A stretch of DNA of 64,000 nt, taken from assembly GCA_964016885.1 (NCBI GenBank), contig OZ024741.1, positions 268,584,001 to 268,648,000 on the forward strand, written 5' to 3'. How positions within the stretch are numbered: the stretch's first letter is position 1; every line of letters starts with the position of its first letter. This stretch comes from Eledone cirrhosa. Its lineage: Eukaryota. The notes beneath the pieces are model-generated. The model saw only the letters and a program-made list of their open reading frames with translations, did not search any database and had not been told where the DNA came from. The position numbers and the translations under genes are program-made. Shown piece after piece: positions 39,871-53,085 of this stretch.

Positions 39871-41044
39871 TCATTTACACAAGCCACAGCCAGGGAGGAG
39901 GGAGTTTTGGCATGTTGCAACATGGACATATTCAACTTGTGTACATGACAGTGTGGATGACAGAGTTTGTGAAGTCGGGGGCAGAGGTGCCCTAGAGTTC
40001 TCACTCAGTCATAACTGCTGCTTCATGACACTGCAACTGTGACAGAATTGTCATAGTGGCAGAATGCTGACAACAAAGAAGAAAAGGCACAATGAGCGTG
40101 GCAATAAGCACAAACAAGAGCCTGGGCTAGCTTAAAAGCGACATTTTGCATGTGAGGGCCAGACATTGATTCAAAATCAAATTTGACATTTACACCAGGC
40201 AGAGAAGAATTTTAACATGATGGATAAGTCCATCTTGTGTACAGTGTTCATGATGGTGTGTGTGACTAATTTACATTGATGAGGGTATTTGGTTGGTATT
40301 GCAATGAGGCTATGTTATTTTGATATGGGGTGTTGTGTGACCATTGTTGTTTATTTTTTTAATTTCCTTGATTAGTTGTTTGATGTTATTTGGTAGCAAC
40401 ATGGCTGAATGTTTAAGAAGTTTGCTACACAATCATCAGGTCCTAGATTTGATTCCACTGCAGGGCATCTTGGACAAGAGTCATTTACCATTTCTTCTGG
40501 TCAACTCGACTTGAAATTGGATAGGCAGGAACTACAACTTCTGCTCCATACACTTAACTGCAACAATTATATGAAGTTATAGAGGCCTTGCCAGAAAGTT
40601 AGGGGCCTTGCTAGAAGTATGGGGTCTATTCTGGAAATATGGTGGGCAGTGGCATCACAAGTGGAAGGGGATTAGTGATGGGGCCTGCTTCTTCACCAGT
40701 GTGGACCTCTTTTTCTTTGTCCATCCAGAATAGAATGTAGATGTGTCTGTGGGTGAGCTAGGTGGACCCAATAATTTCTGATCTGAGTCTGAGTAGGTAG
40801 AGTTTCATGGACATATGCCACTAGATAAGAGTGACAATTAGTGCAGGACTAGTAATATAGTAAATTTACATTTCTCATTTCACAAATTACTGGTAAAAAA
40901 TTGCCTAACATTCCTCAAACCACCTACCATTATTATAACAAAGCACTCATAAATAAATGAAGAATGCAAAAAAACATTTTTACAAACTTACAAAAAACAA
41001 AACAAAACAAAACAAAAAACAACAAAATAATGAAATGAGTTCCA

Positions 41045-41256
41045 TTAACCCTTTAGCATTTACATTACTCTATATTTACTATTGTATTTTCACAGTAAAG
41101 GTTTTACCTCACATAATTATCTCACAATATTGAATCTATGAGATTTTTATATTATTTATTTTGAGAATAATACCACAACATCAATATGAGTGGCCAGTTA
41201 CAGCTGGCTGAACTGAAAGAGGTGAGAGAATTCTGGTCGGAAACAGCCGGTTTAAA
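41045..41256. mobile_element. piggyBac-like MITE (right end lost)
   Basis: Starts TTAA-CCCTTTAGCATTTA; closely similar to 8498-8725. Confidence 0.7.
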
Positions 41257-42627
41257 TCAAAAGTTTCAGAATTCAACAACACTACTAATACCAGTATGGG
41301 CACTACAGCACATTACATTCAACAAAAGCTTGCCTCCAAAAACATACAGCTCATAAAACAACATAAATATATTACAATCCCATTTACATAACAGAAATAG
41401 CCAAGCTTATAATAAGCAGAGACAACCTCAAACACAAAATATCAAAACTGCACACCACCAAAATAAATCTGAACACCAAACAAGAATTGTTGACTTTGAT
41501 GATGAGTGTTGCAGTTGTTAGATCAGCAGAACAACCTTTTCATGAAATTAACATGTAAGTGGCTGGGCATTCCATAGATGCATACACTCTTAATATAATT
41601 CTCAAGGAAATTTCCTAGAGCACAACCCACTGATGTGTTTGCACTCTATTCTGGATGAAGAGAAAGAGACCCAGACTGGTGAAGAAGCAGATCCTGTTGC
41701 TAATCTCCTTCTATTCATGTGATGTCCCCCCCCCCCCCACACACTAATGGCAAGGCCCCATAACCTCATAATTGCTGCAGCTAAGTGTGTAGAGCAGAAG
41801 TTATAGTTGGCTTGGTGAGGTGTGTGTGTGTTGGTGTAGAATGTTTAGGATGTCAAGAGAGTTTAGCTGTGATGCTATTATGTTGCCTCTTGTATATCTG
41901 TACTATTTGAAAACTGACATATTGAGTGTAGTGAAGTCATCCCCTGTGATTGGGTTTAAGAGAGCATTAACCCTTTTGTTATCAACCCAGCCAACACCGA
42001 TTCTAGTTCAATGAAATAAAACCACCCATTTTAAACCACCATTTTTACATTAAGTTACTATCTTAGTAATGAAATAATTAATAATTTTAGTAAATCATTC
42101 AAAATTCTTCATTAATTAAATGAAATAGAGTATATTTCATTAGAGATGTAGATATGAAAGGATTAAGGTGCTGCTTTTCATGTGTGTAACAAAATCAGGG
42201 AGTTGATGGCCTCAATGATGGTGTGCCATATTAAGGTGTTTTGTGTTGTTTTTTTTTATTTAGAAAGCCTATATTTCTTGTATGGTATTGTCTCCTCCTA
42301 GTTTATGAATGTCATTTGTGATATCTGTCTACAGAATGTGAGATTTTTCTTAGGTTATTAGACCTTCCCTCTGGTGATAAGGTATGTTTAATCTGATGTG
42401 GATGTAGTTTGGAATACTGGGTGTTCTGTGTCGGAGTAGTAAAAATGCTTCCTAAAGTATTTCTGTGTGAATATTGTGGTGATATAAATTATTTTAGTGC
42501 CATGGAGAGGTTTTAAATGTTAATTTTTAAATATTTTGTGTCAGCTTTACAAAATATATTTGTGTGTGTGAAGTGTTTTTTTTTAAAAACTTTTCATTAA
42601 CCATATTTCTAATGAAATACTCTGCCT

Positions 42628-42900
42628 CATCATCATCATCATCATCATCATCGTTTAACGTCCATCTTCCACGCTAGCATGGGTTAGACGGTTTTGTTCC
42701 ATTTGATGTGGAAATGGTCGGGAGACCATGTCTTGCTTGCACGGAAGCATCTCTGACAGGTTGTCTTTTACAGTTGGATGCCCTTCCTAACACCAACCAC
42801 AATTACAGTGTGGACTGGGAGCCTTTTCACTGTGTCTCCTACATTGCCACATTACGGTGTGGACTGTTGTGTCATTGACACAGTGGACGGAACGGGAGGA
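42628..42900 (-). mobile_element. RTE 3'UTR-only copy
   Basis: Closely similar to 50511-50770, the 3'UTR of the RTE copy at 50511-52330. Confidence 0.85.
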
Positions 42901-43204
42901 TGTGTTTCAATTAATTTTGAAAATAACCAAATATTTGGAGGAATTTAATGAATGATATAAGTTTTTCATTAATTAGAACTTTACTTGAAACATTTTTCTA
43001 ATAAAATTATGATAAACGGTTTTAATATAAGCAGTTTTGTATCATAAATCCTGCAGAGTTTCAGGCCGTTTGGTATCAAAAATGTTAAATATATTCTGTA
43101 CAAACTTATGACATTCGAGGGGAGATAATAATAGTACTTCCTGTTTTTTTTTTCATTATTGTTGTTGTCAGTATGAAATTGTGTACCAATCAAGTACTGG
43201 GGTC

Positions 43205-44100
43205 AATTTAATCAGCTTAGCCCTGTAGGACCCATGGCAAGCTTCTCCACTATCCCCATCGTCTGCATCTCTCCTTACCAACTCCTTGGCATATATATCT
43301 TCCTCCATAATCTTTAGCCTTATCTCTCTTGGTCTTCCCTTTCCTCTACTTCCTTCCTCATTCATTTCCATCACTCCTCATGCTCATTTTCATCTTTCCT
43401 CAACACATGACCCAACCATCTCATTCTACTTCTACTCAAAACATTCATCACTTGTTCTATTTCAACCATTCTCTGCACTTCATTGTTTGTTTTTCTATAT
43501 CTCAGCAATGTTCCTCTCATTTAGTGGACCATTCTTATTTCCATTCTTTCCAGCTTTCTCTGTTGCTCTTTGTTTATCACCCATGTCTCACTCACATAAA
43601 TCATGGCACTTATCACACCTGCACCATATAGTTTCAGTGATACAATCTTCCTCATTAGCACATCACACACTTCCTGAAAGTTTTTCCATTCACATCTCAC
43701 TTAAGATACTGATGCAGTGTCTGTTCAACATGTCTTCTAGGTACCTAGGTAACAAAACATTTTCATACCTTCCCTTTTAACACCATTCCCATGATCCAGC
43801 TTAACATCTTCTCCATATCTACTCCTTACATTTAAATGTAGCTACTATGTTATTTATAATCCCTTCACACCACTACATTTTTATGTACCCACCCAGTGCA
43901 TCTCATATGATTAATGGAGTTCACTCCAACACCCTTCCTGCACACTGCACACGACCACCTTCCTGTTCCTTCTATCACACCAAATGCTTTATCACTTGCC
44001 CTTACCATCATCTTACTATTCACCTTCATACTTTTTGCTTCCATATATTCCTTTCCTCCTATTCATCTTCTCCCTCAGTCCATCCACATTTTCTGCTATT
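43205..44100 (-). mobile_element. Old, divergent RTE subfamily fragment that also carries the PHD insert
   Basis: Minus strand encodes WSCAVCRKGVGVNSI...GWVHK (~43880-43960) and EEGSRGKGRPRE..IMEED. Confidence 0.7.
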
Positions 44101-44323
44101 AACACCAGGTAATCTGCATACAAGTACCTCCATTACAACTACAAATAGTAACAAAAAAAAAAAAAAAAAAAAAGAAGTTCAAATGTAACTTATCAACCAG
44201 AGAAACGATAGCTATCCTTTTTAGTAAGTAGGATAGTAGAAGTTCAAATCTCTTTTGTCCTAACTGATATTGGGCTATCAGAATGACCGAACTTGTCTTT
44301 TCCAACTAAATAAATAGCTTTAC

Positions 44324-44470
44324 AGGTGGTGAATTGGCAGAGGATGTCAGATAAAATGGTCTGCTGTATATGTTCTGGCTCTCTGCACTCTGAATTCAAA
44401 TCCTACTGAGGTTAACTTTGTCCTTTTGAAGTTGATAAAAAAAGTACCACTCCAGAACTGGGGTTGATTC
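44324..44470 (+). mobile_element. tRNA-derived SINE (Meta-domain-like family), diverged
   Basis: ggtggtgaattggcag...tgaattcaaatcctactgaggttaactttg. Confidence 0.65.
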
Positions 44471-45311
44471 ATCCTCAATATCTCTCTCTCACTTCTTCTC
44501 TATCGCTCTCTGTCTTTCTCTGGAAGAAATTGGCTGTGTTCAGGCCTGAAGAGGGGATGGTCACAGCTAGGTTTAAAATGCTTGAGACACGCTGTATGTC
44601 ACTGGTTCCCGATGACTCCATCAGGAGTTGAGGGTACATACATACAAATTGTTTTGTTTTTCTATGCTTGCATAGGTGAACTAAGGCATTTTGAGACAGA
44701 ATTCTGTGGCTAGATGCCCTTCCTGACACCAACTCGTACTTGTTTTTCTTTAAAGTAAGGTATATATCCTCACACATCTAACATTTGAGCTGGAGCTGCA
44801 AGATTTCTGTTGACACATAATATAAACAGATATAATTTCCTGTGATGTGCTGATTGTGAATAGAAGAGAAGAATTGAAATTAGGCATTGACATAAATGCC
44901 TCAGATAAACATGTCAGACATGTTCTGAAATGAAAAAAAATGTCTTAAACTTTTAAACACCAACCCACTCCAAACTGCCTCTGTTTCTATGAAACAAAAC
45001 CACCCATTTTAAAGGGCTCTTACTTAAATTAAAACCTTCCAACATAATTTTATATTAGAAACTTTTGTTATGTTACAAATATCATCTTATAATTTTAGTA
45101 AATCCTCCCCCAGTTCTTCATCAAATAACTAATATACAAAGTATTTCATTAGAAATATGTTAACAAATTATTAATGAAGATACAGTGAAGTTCCTAATTT
45201 GGGAGAAGAGAAATCTTGTGTTTTATGACGCTCTCTTAGTCTGATAAAGAAGATTTTTTTTTTTGAAATTTTAACAAATTTTATGAATTACAAAACACAA
45301 AACAGTTGGTA

Positions 45312-45630
45312 TAGGCACGTGGCTTAGTGGTTAGAGAATTGGATTTGCAATCGTGAGTTTATGAGTTTGATTCCCGGAGTGGGCGATGCGTTATATCTTT
45401 ATTTCATATTGCTCCCTTTGCCAGGAGTTGCGGCCAGTAGATAGACAGTTTCCTTGGATCAATTTGACGAACTCCACCCCACTTGTTAAGCGAATGAGGT
45501 TTGGGATCTTATCAATCGATTGATCGAGGAGATTTTGAAATTTGAAAATAGGAGCATCCCAATATAGAAAATAATAACAGTTGATCACTATAAATAATAG
45601 CTGAAAAAATTGTGTAAAATACCCCTGGTT
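45312..45630 (+). mobile_element. tRNA-derived SINE (different family)
   Basis: A-box tggcttagtggttag, B-box gagtttgattcc; 3' part shared with 39190-39300. Confidence 0.65.
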
Positions 45631-45819
45631 AATGCACTCACATAGTATTTGATATATATTAGGTTTAATTCCTCGCAGGTGCCTTTGTCCATCCTTTTTC
45701 TTTCCAGGGATACTTTACCTAATTTTCAACTTTAATGTATAGTGATTAACTGTTATTACACTCATTTCTGCATTGGGATGCTCATATTTTCAAACTCTCT
45801 CTCTCTCAGACAAATGGAC

Positions 45820-46097
45820 ACAACACTGGTGACTGTATAACAGTCACAATATACTGGTGACTTTACAATAGATACAACACAACATGACTATATAACAGTC
45901 ACAACACTGCTGACTTTATAACAGACACAACACTGTTGACTATACAACAGTCACAACACACTAGAGACTATACAACAGTTACAGCATACTAGTGACTATA
46001 CAACAGTCACAACACACTAGAGACTATACAAAAGTCACAACATACTGGTGACTATACAACACTCACAACAAACTGGTGACTATACAATATTCACAAC
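45820..46097. repeat. 28-30-bp tandem repeat (acaacactggtgactatacaacagtc)
   Basis: About 9 diverged copies. Confidence 0.8.
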
Positions 46098-46499
46098 GAA
46101 AAGCACCCAGTTCATCCTGTAAAGTGCTAGTGGTAGTGCTAGGAAGGACATAAACTTAAGCCAAAAAACAGTTCTGTATGTGCAAGATGTGGCCACCTAA
46201 TGTGGCTGGCCTCATAATATGAAAACTTGTCTAACCTATGGAAAATGGACATTAAATGATGGTGATGATGATAATATCACTTTCTCCCACCATGACTTAT
46301 CTGTTGTTTTTATATTCTTCTGTCGTTATGCCAATATAATGAAACGGGACATATTCACTATTCCTGACCATCATGCCCTTTTGCTGACCATAATTCTCTC
46401 TCAATCACTCTCTTTCCTATATGAGGCTTTCTAATCATCATTCTCCCTCTTCCACGTGACTCTTAATAACAGCTACCATTATCCACTATCTCTGTTGCT

Positions 46500-47860
46500 T
46501 GAAATTGCTCGGAGTCTGGTTTGGTCCAGACATCCAGGTGGACAAGAACTAGAACGAGGTCACGGTGAAGGTGTTTGCACTCACCCAGAAGTGGGCTGAG
46601 TGCAAGCTCTCCTTGAAAGGTCGAACGGAGGTGGCGAACACTTACATAGTGTCCGTCATCTACGACCGCTTGACAGTCGTGCCTTGCCCCCCCACGAATA
46701 CCTTACCAAAATGGAACGCCTACTCTTCAAGTTCTTCTGGAAGAAACAGGCTCCATTGGTGAGGAGATCCATCTGCTGTCAACACCCTTCTAATGGAGGG
46801 CTGGGCATGCCGTGGCTGATGATGCGCAAACACGCACTGAGGCTACGCCATCTCCAGGTATTCCTGACCGGTGAACCGGTGTGGCTGTCGTTTGTGAGAC
46901 AAGCTCTTCCACAACTCGTCTCACTAACAGAGCTGCAATCCTGGGTCAAGCGAAGACCGAAAATGGGTGCCTGGCACCTCGAGTGCCTACAGGCACTCAC
47001 AGCCCTCTACCAAGCGGAAACGGCAATCAGTGGAGATTCCACTTCGACATTCTATAGGGGATTAGTGGAGGATAAGTGCGATGACGTTCTCGGGGAAACT
47101 CTGGGCATCGAGGAGGACGAACTGACCAGTCTGTTCGGGAGGACTTTCCATCCAGGGCCTATGGATAGCTTCCAGAGGTCTCTGGCTTGGCAGTGCTACC
47201 GAGGAGCTCTACCAGTTCGAGACACAAAATCTACAGGCACGGACGCCCTGGCAGAGATTCTACCAAAAGGACCTGTCCAAGATGCGAGCAGGACATCTAA
47301 ACCGTTCTGCACGCAATTGTTCAGTGTCCAGGGGTGACCAACCTGTGGAATTATGTCGAACAGCTACTGTCACGTGCGGGACGCATCCAGTTGTCAGCCG
47401 AGTCCATTGTGAGGATCACCCTGCCGCCTTCATTTAAGAACGAAGGAGAGGCGGTTTTCCTCTTACTGGTGGCTATGGCGAAAGAGGTAATATGGTGGAC
47501 GAGGTTAAAAGGACTGAGGGCAAACACCTTACTCTCCAGACAACAACTTATCCCAGAAGGAAGGTGAGAGAGGAGAGAGAGGTGCTACACCCCAGTAAAT
47601 TCGCTGAAAGGTGGGTGAATGTGGCGAAGACAGGAACACCTACAAAACGTGTTCCTGGTGTTGAGGGTTGTTCTATCCACGGGGTGTAAAACAACCATGC
47701 AGTAACGTTCCCCCCTATTGGGGATTTCAATTGTTATTTTATTATATATAGTTTATTGTTATTTATTAATGTTAAAGTTATATGATTTTTATGTAAAACC
47801 CCCGCCGTCATGTCATGTAATGTCCCATTTTTGTACACCCCTGTGGCAAATAAAGAAAGA
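46500..47860 (+). mobile_element. 5'-truncated Tx1/L1-clade LINE, frameshifted
   Basis: KLLGVWFG (RT motif 7), KLSLKGR..VAN, FKFFWK, GGLGMP, C-terminal CPRC..H...C zinc knuckle, 3'UTR ending in aataaa. Confidence 0.85.
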
Positions 47861-48599
47861 TATCTATCCCACTTTACCCTATCACAACTCATCTTTATTA
47901 CTATCATTTCATGCTGCTCAAGCTGTTATCTATTTAACTTGCAACTAAATACCAACAACCAGTCTGTAGCTATCACTCTCTCCTTCATTACTTCCTCCTC
48001 TACCATCACTCTCTTCTTCTATGCTGTTTTGAGCATCACTTCTGTTGACACACTTGGTCATGTTTATATTGAAAGAACAGATGTGATACAGAGCAGAGAG
48101 AACTCCTTAGTTTTGTAGGGGACAAGGCAAGCTTACTTGTGTTGGTGGTACACTAAAATGTATCCAGTGCACTTTGTATGACATCCTGCCATAGAAACCA
48201 TGCCAAAAATAGAATATGTAAGCTCGGGTCCCCCAATGCATCTAGAAAGGCAGTAACTCCGAATGAGAACTGATGTTGACCTTAATGGCCTATCCAACCT
48301 ATGCCAGTATAGAGAGGTGGACATAAAATGATATATGTATGTGTGTGTTTATGTTTGTATATGCATGCATGTGGTAGACAAACTGTATGAAAATCTGTTG
48401 TGTGTGTAATTGTCTGTGTATGTCTTCATATATTACCGACTTTGCCTTTCCTCCCTTTGGGGTTGATAAATAAAGTACCAGTTCAGGCTTTACAGATCTT
48501 TACTTTTTGAGTTGAAATTCTTACCCTTTGCAAATGAGGAAAATAATGGTAACCTGTCACTTTGTTCTCTATCACCTACACCTTCAATAGTTAAAGTTT

Positions 48600-49000
48600 G
48601 TTCTCTTCTGGACCCTCTTTAGTAATGATTGAAAGATTACTATCGCAAATACAAGTGGTCGAAAAAGAGTTTCTCTGAAGAGTCTTTGGAGTAATGTTAT
48701 TCGATAGAGTGTGTAGTACAGAGATCAGGGAGTTTTTACCTTTCAAATTGAGAGCTCACAGCTCTGATACTACGCTTATGTGATTAGACTGTCTAAGGAA
48801 AGAATTGGTGGACAGATTTCACAAGCAAAGCCAATTGACTGGAGATCCAGAGGAAGATGGTTGGATAACATCCATGAACTCAGTTGGTCTCGCTTGGGCA
48901 TCCAGCCGGATCATTTGGAGAGAGTTGCTTGTGATATGACACTCTGGAAGGCATATTGAAGGACTCTGCTGTCACACCCTCTCACACACTGAAATGAGAG
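48600..49000 (+). mobile_element. Degenerate RTE-like C-terminal fragment (different family)
   Basis: Encodes YVIRLSKERI...RSRGRWLDNIHELSW...VACDMTLWK. Confidence 0.55.
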
Positions 49001-49562
49001 CACAAATATGATACTGTACTGCCATGCGAGATGCTACATGCCAAAGAATATCAAGAAGAATTACTTAATTACGAACCTTATTTCCTGTCTCTGCCTGTAG
49101 GATGCCATTAAAATGAATGGTGCATTTTTTTTTGTTTTTTCTTTGTGCACTCACTTCTTAGACATGTAGGTTTGTTAGACATTACTAAACAATGTGTAAA
49201 CATCTTCGATTGACAGATAAATATTTGGTTGGAAGAGATATATTACATTACAAAAGTACAGCTTATAGGAATGGCTTCACTATTATATATATATATATAT
49301 ATATAAATGAGAGGTATAGAGATTGTTTTAGCAAGAAGCTAACGGCATTCTATAACATATATGCGACTATAACGTCAAGATGGGAAAAGTAGTTAACGAA
49401 AGATTTAGGAAAAATAACTCAAACTCATCTCAAAAGAGAATCAGGATATAAATTCATCCACAGAATTTAGTAAAATCCAGGGAAAAATCTATAGACCTTT
49501 ATTTAACTCATGATAAAATAGAGTTTGAAACACTTATCCTTCAATTTGGAATAACATCAAAT

Positions 49563-49643
49563 GCTCTGTATAGTCTTAAAAGACTATTTCATGAAAACTT
49601 TCAGTGGAGATGGTCACGGTTGGATTTCATTCATCAGCAGAGC
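49563..49643 (-). ncRNA. Type I hammerhead ribozyme, copy 1
   Basis: Minus strand: GCTCTG-CTGATGA-ATGAAA[28 nt]TTTCAT-GAA-ATAGTCT(TTTA)AGACTAT-A|CAGAGC; all core nucleotides and stems I-III intact. Confidence 0.85.
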
Positions 49644-50195
49644 TCAACAGAAACCAGGGCTCTCACAGTAGTATAATCCGAAAAAGGGAATTCTAAAACT
49701 GGCTAGTTCGCCTTCATGTGTATTTATGAAAAAGCACATGAGGAAAAAACGGGGCTAGTGACGTCAGGATGGAAGTGAATGTTTATTTACAAGAAATAGC
49801 AGTCAAATACATTCTGAAAAAAAACTCTACAAAGGAGTTCAGCAAAATAGCAATAATTATCACAGTTTTTATGAAAAAAACCGAGATTAGTCACAGATAG
49901 TTTAAGCACTCTAGGAAAAGAATCCGAGTATAAATATAAATGAGAGGTATAGAGATTGTTTTAGCAAGAAGCTAACAGCATTCTATAACATATATGCGAC
50001 TATAACGTCAAGATGGGAAAAGTAGTTAACGAAAGATTTAGGAAAAATAACTCAAACTCATCTCAAAAGAGAATCAGGATATAAATTCATCCACAGAATT
50101 TAGTAAAATCCAGGGAAAAATCTATAGACCTTTATTTAACTCATGATAAAATAAAGTTTGAAACACTTATCCTTCAATTTGGAATAACATCAAAT

Positions 50196-50276
50196 GCTCT
50201 GTATAGTCTTAAAAGACTATTTCATGAAAACTTTCAGTGGAGATGGTCACGGTTGGATTTCATTCATCAGCAGAGC
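50196..50276 (-). ncRNA. Type I hammerhead ribozyme, copy 2
   Basis: Identical to 49563-49643, 633 bp away. Confidence 0.85.
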
Positions 50277-50510
50277 TCAACAGAAACCAGGGCTCTCACA
50301 GTAGTATAATCCGAAAAAGGGAATTCTAAAACTGGCTAGTTCGCCTTCATGTGTATTTATGAAAAAGCACATGAGGAAAAAACGGGGCTAGTGACGTCAG
50401 GATGGAAGTGAATGTTTATTTACAAGAAATAGCAGTCAAATACATTCTGAAAAAAAAACTCTACAAAGGAGTTCAGCAAAATAGCAATAATTATCACAGT
50501 TTATATATAT

Positions 50511-52330
50511 ATCATCATCATCATCGTTTAACGACCATCTTCCACGCTAGCATGGGTTAGACGGTTTTGTTCCATTTGATGTGGGAATGGTCGGGAGACC
50601 ATGTCTCGCTTGTACGGAACCTCTCTGGCAGGTTTGTTTTACAGCTGGATGCCCTTCCTAACACCAACCACATTTACAGTGTAGACTGGGAGCCCTTTCA
50701 CCGTGTCTCCTACATGGCCACTTTACAGTGTGGACTATTGTGTCGTCGACACAGTGGACGGAACGGGAGAGGGAGGGTGGGGTAGGGTGTGGCGGTGGGG
50801 TGTACATTGAATTAAGAGGTGCCTACTGACTAGGTTTGTATGCAATGGTAGTTGGGTCTTCTGTACAACTGCATGGCGCCAAAGGTCTCAATCCAGTGTC
50901 ATTGTCTTAGAGAGGTATAGGTGGGCGAGGTCAGTTTTTATCACTTCGTCCCAGGTTTTTCTTGGTCTACCCACTCCGCAGTTTCCATCAATTTTCATTG
51001 CCCTACACTTTTTTTATACAGCTGTCGCCCTTCATAAGCATCACATGTCCATACCAACGCAATCTCCTCTCCAGAACACAAGATTTGATACCTCTTATGC
51101 TTAGTTTCCCTCTTAGTTCATTTATACTTCGCTTTTCGTGCACATTACTATTACACATCCATCGGGGCATGCAAGCTTCATTTCTTTCTAATCTATGCAG
51201 GTCTTCAGCACACAATGCCCAAGTATCACTACCATGTAATATCGCTGTTCGCATACATGCATCATACAATCTGCCTTTCATTTTTAGAGAAGAACCACTT
51301 GTGGCCAACAGCGGTATTAGCTTTTTCCATCCCGTTCTAACTCTGGCTACTACACATTCAGAGCACCCTCCACCACTGCTGATCTTGTCACCCAGGTAAC
51401 GGGTAACGGAAGGTGTCTACTATTTCTATAAAACCATCTGGACAGTTGAAGGAAATATCATCCAGTGGGTCCTTGCTATTTACTGCACCTGAGCATTGGC
51501 CACATATAAAATCTACATTCTTAGATAGCTTATCTCTGATCCCACTACATCTTTTATGTACCCATAGTTTGCATTTGTGACATAGAATGGAATTTCTGCC
51601 TACTCCTTTCTTATACACTAAGCATGGTCATTTCCCAGAGAGTACCTGTGCCCTATTCTCCTTTCTACATACTAGAACTTTAGTCTTAGACAAGTTGACT
51701 CTAAGGCCTTTTGATTCAAAGCCATCCTTCCATGTTTAGAACTTCCTCTTTAGTTCAGGCATGGATTCAGTTATGAGAGTTAGATAATCTGCATATAGAA
51801 ATTCCCATGGGCAGCCAGTCGTAAACCCCTATGTTATAGCCTGAATGGTAATAATAAAGAATGGAGCCCTAGTGATCCCCTACTATTACGCTAAATTCTT
51901 CACTATATTCTTCATTAATTCTAACCTTGCTGACTGTATCTTTATATATGGCTTGTATAGCTCTCACAAGCCATTCTTCCACTCCTAGTTTTCTAAGAGC
52001 CCACCAGATTAAGGTGTGTGGGACTCTGTCAAAAGCCTTCTCCAGGTCAACAAAAGCTAAGTAGAGGGGTTTACTGTTCGCTAGGTACTTCTGTAATTGC
52101 TGTACAAGGAAAAGAGCATCCGTGGTACTATTACCTGGCACAAACCCAAACTGCAGTTCATCTAGATCAATTCCCTCTCTGATTAGTTGTGCTATAACTC
52201 TTTCTGTGTCCTTCATGATCTGGTCAACCAACTTAATGCCTCTATAGTTTCCCCTATCTAGAGCATCTCCTTTACCCTTGTAGCAGGTGATGGCGATGCT
52301 GCTACACCAGTCATTTGGTATGAACCTATT
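50511..52330 (-). mobile_element. 5'-truncated, decayed RTE LINE (RT, PHD, 3'UTR)
   Basis: Encodes [37 protein letters not shown] and LRWYGHV; several frameshifts; (cat)n tail at 50511. Confidence 0.92.
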
Positions 52331-52376
52331 CTATATATAATATATAATATATATATCATATATAAATATAATATAT

Positions 52377-52489
52377 GTAGAGATGCTTGAACATAAGGAA
52401 GTTGATGTTTGTTGTGTTCAAGAGACTAGGTGGAGGGGTGGGTCTGCTACATTCGTTATGGGTAAAAAAACGATGCTATAAACTTTTCT
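52377..52489 (+). mobile_element. RTE N-terminal APE endonuclease fragment
   Basis: Translates VEMLEHKEVDVCCVQETRWRGGSATFVMGK(K)RCYKLF (QET motif); overlaps the start of the copy at 55566. Confidence 0.8.
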
Positions 52490-52597
52490 ATATATATATA
52501 TATACCTACATACATACATACATACAGACATATATATAAGTTGTAATAAAATGAAAACGAAATTTCATTTCTCACTCTTAGTACGGCACTTACTTAA

Positions 52598-53085
52598 ATG
52601 TAAGTATGTATGTATACGCACATACATATATGTATACAGACGTACAGTAGCATGCACATATATATATACATATATATATATATACATATACATATATACA
52701 TACAGGTACACATACATATATGTACGTATCAGTTTAGCGGACGCTTATTATAGCGCCCGCTTTGTTCGTTTGTAAACAAACTGAACAGCCTGTATTTATG
52801 CCGCACGGTGTTAAAGCAACCACGTCACCTTTTTGTTCAACACTGACACAGGAACGATGTTCTAGTTTCAAGCTTGTTAGCTATCATCAGCACCATATAC
52901 CCATCTGCCAGATAGTTGAACGTTCGAAAGTATATACTTTCCTTATCAGCTAAACTGATACGTACATATATGTATGTGTACCTGTATGTATATATGTATA
53001 TGTATATATATATATGTATATATATATGTGCATGCTACTGTACGTCTGTATACATATATGTATGTGCGTATACATACATACTGAC

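Larger units (their letters stand above)
49301..50502 (-). mobile_element. Hammerhead-bearing tandem element (633-bp unit x ~1.9); retrozyme or Penelope-like pLTR
   Basis: Near-identical direct repeat 49301-49933 / 49934-50502, flanked by (TA)n; one hammerhead per unit. Confidence 0.8.

Noticed and set aside
44546-44615. CTGAAGA-GGGGA...TTCCC-GA as a possible hammerhead
   Set aside because: GAAA is replaced by GATG and no stem I or III partner is found; at best an unrecognisable relic
45312-45385. tRNA gene (A and B boxes)
   Set aside because: No closed acceptor stem, and it continues into SINE body sequence; the same applies to the other tRNA-like heads
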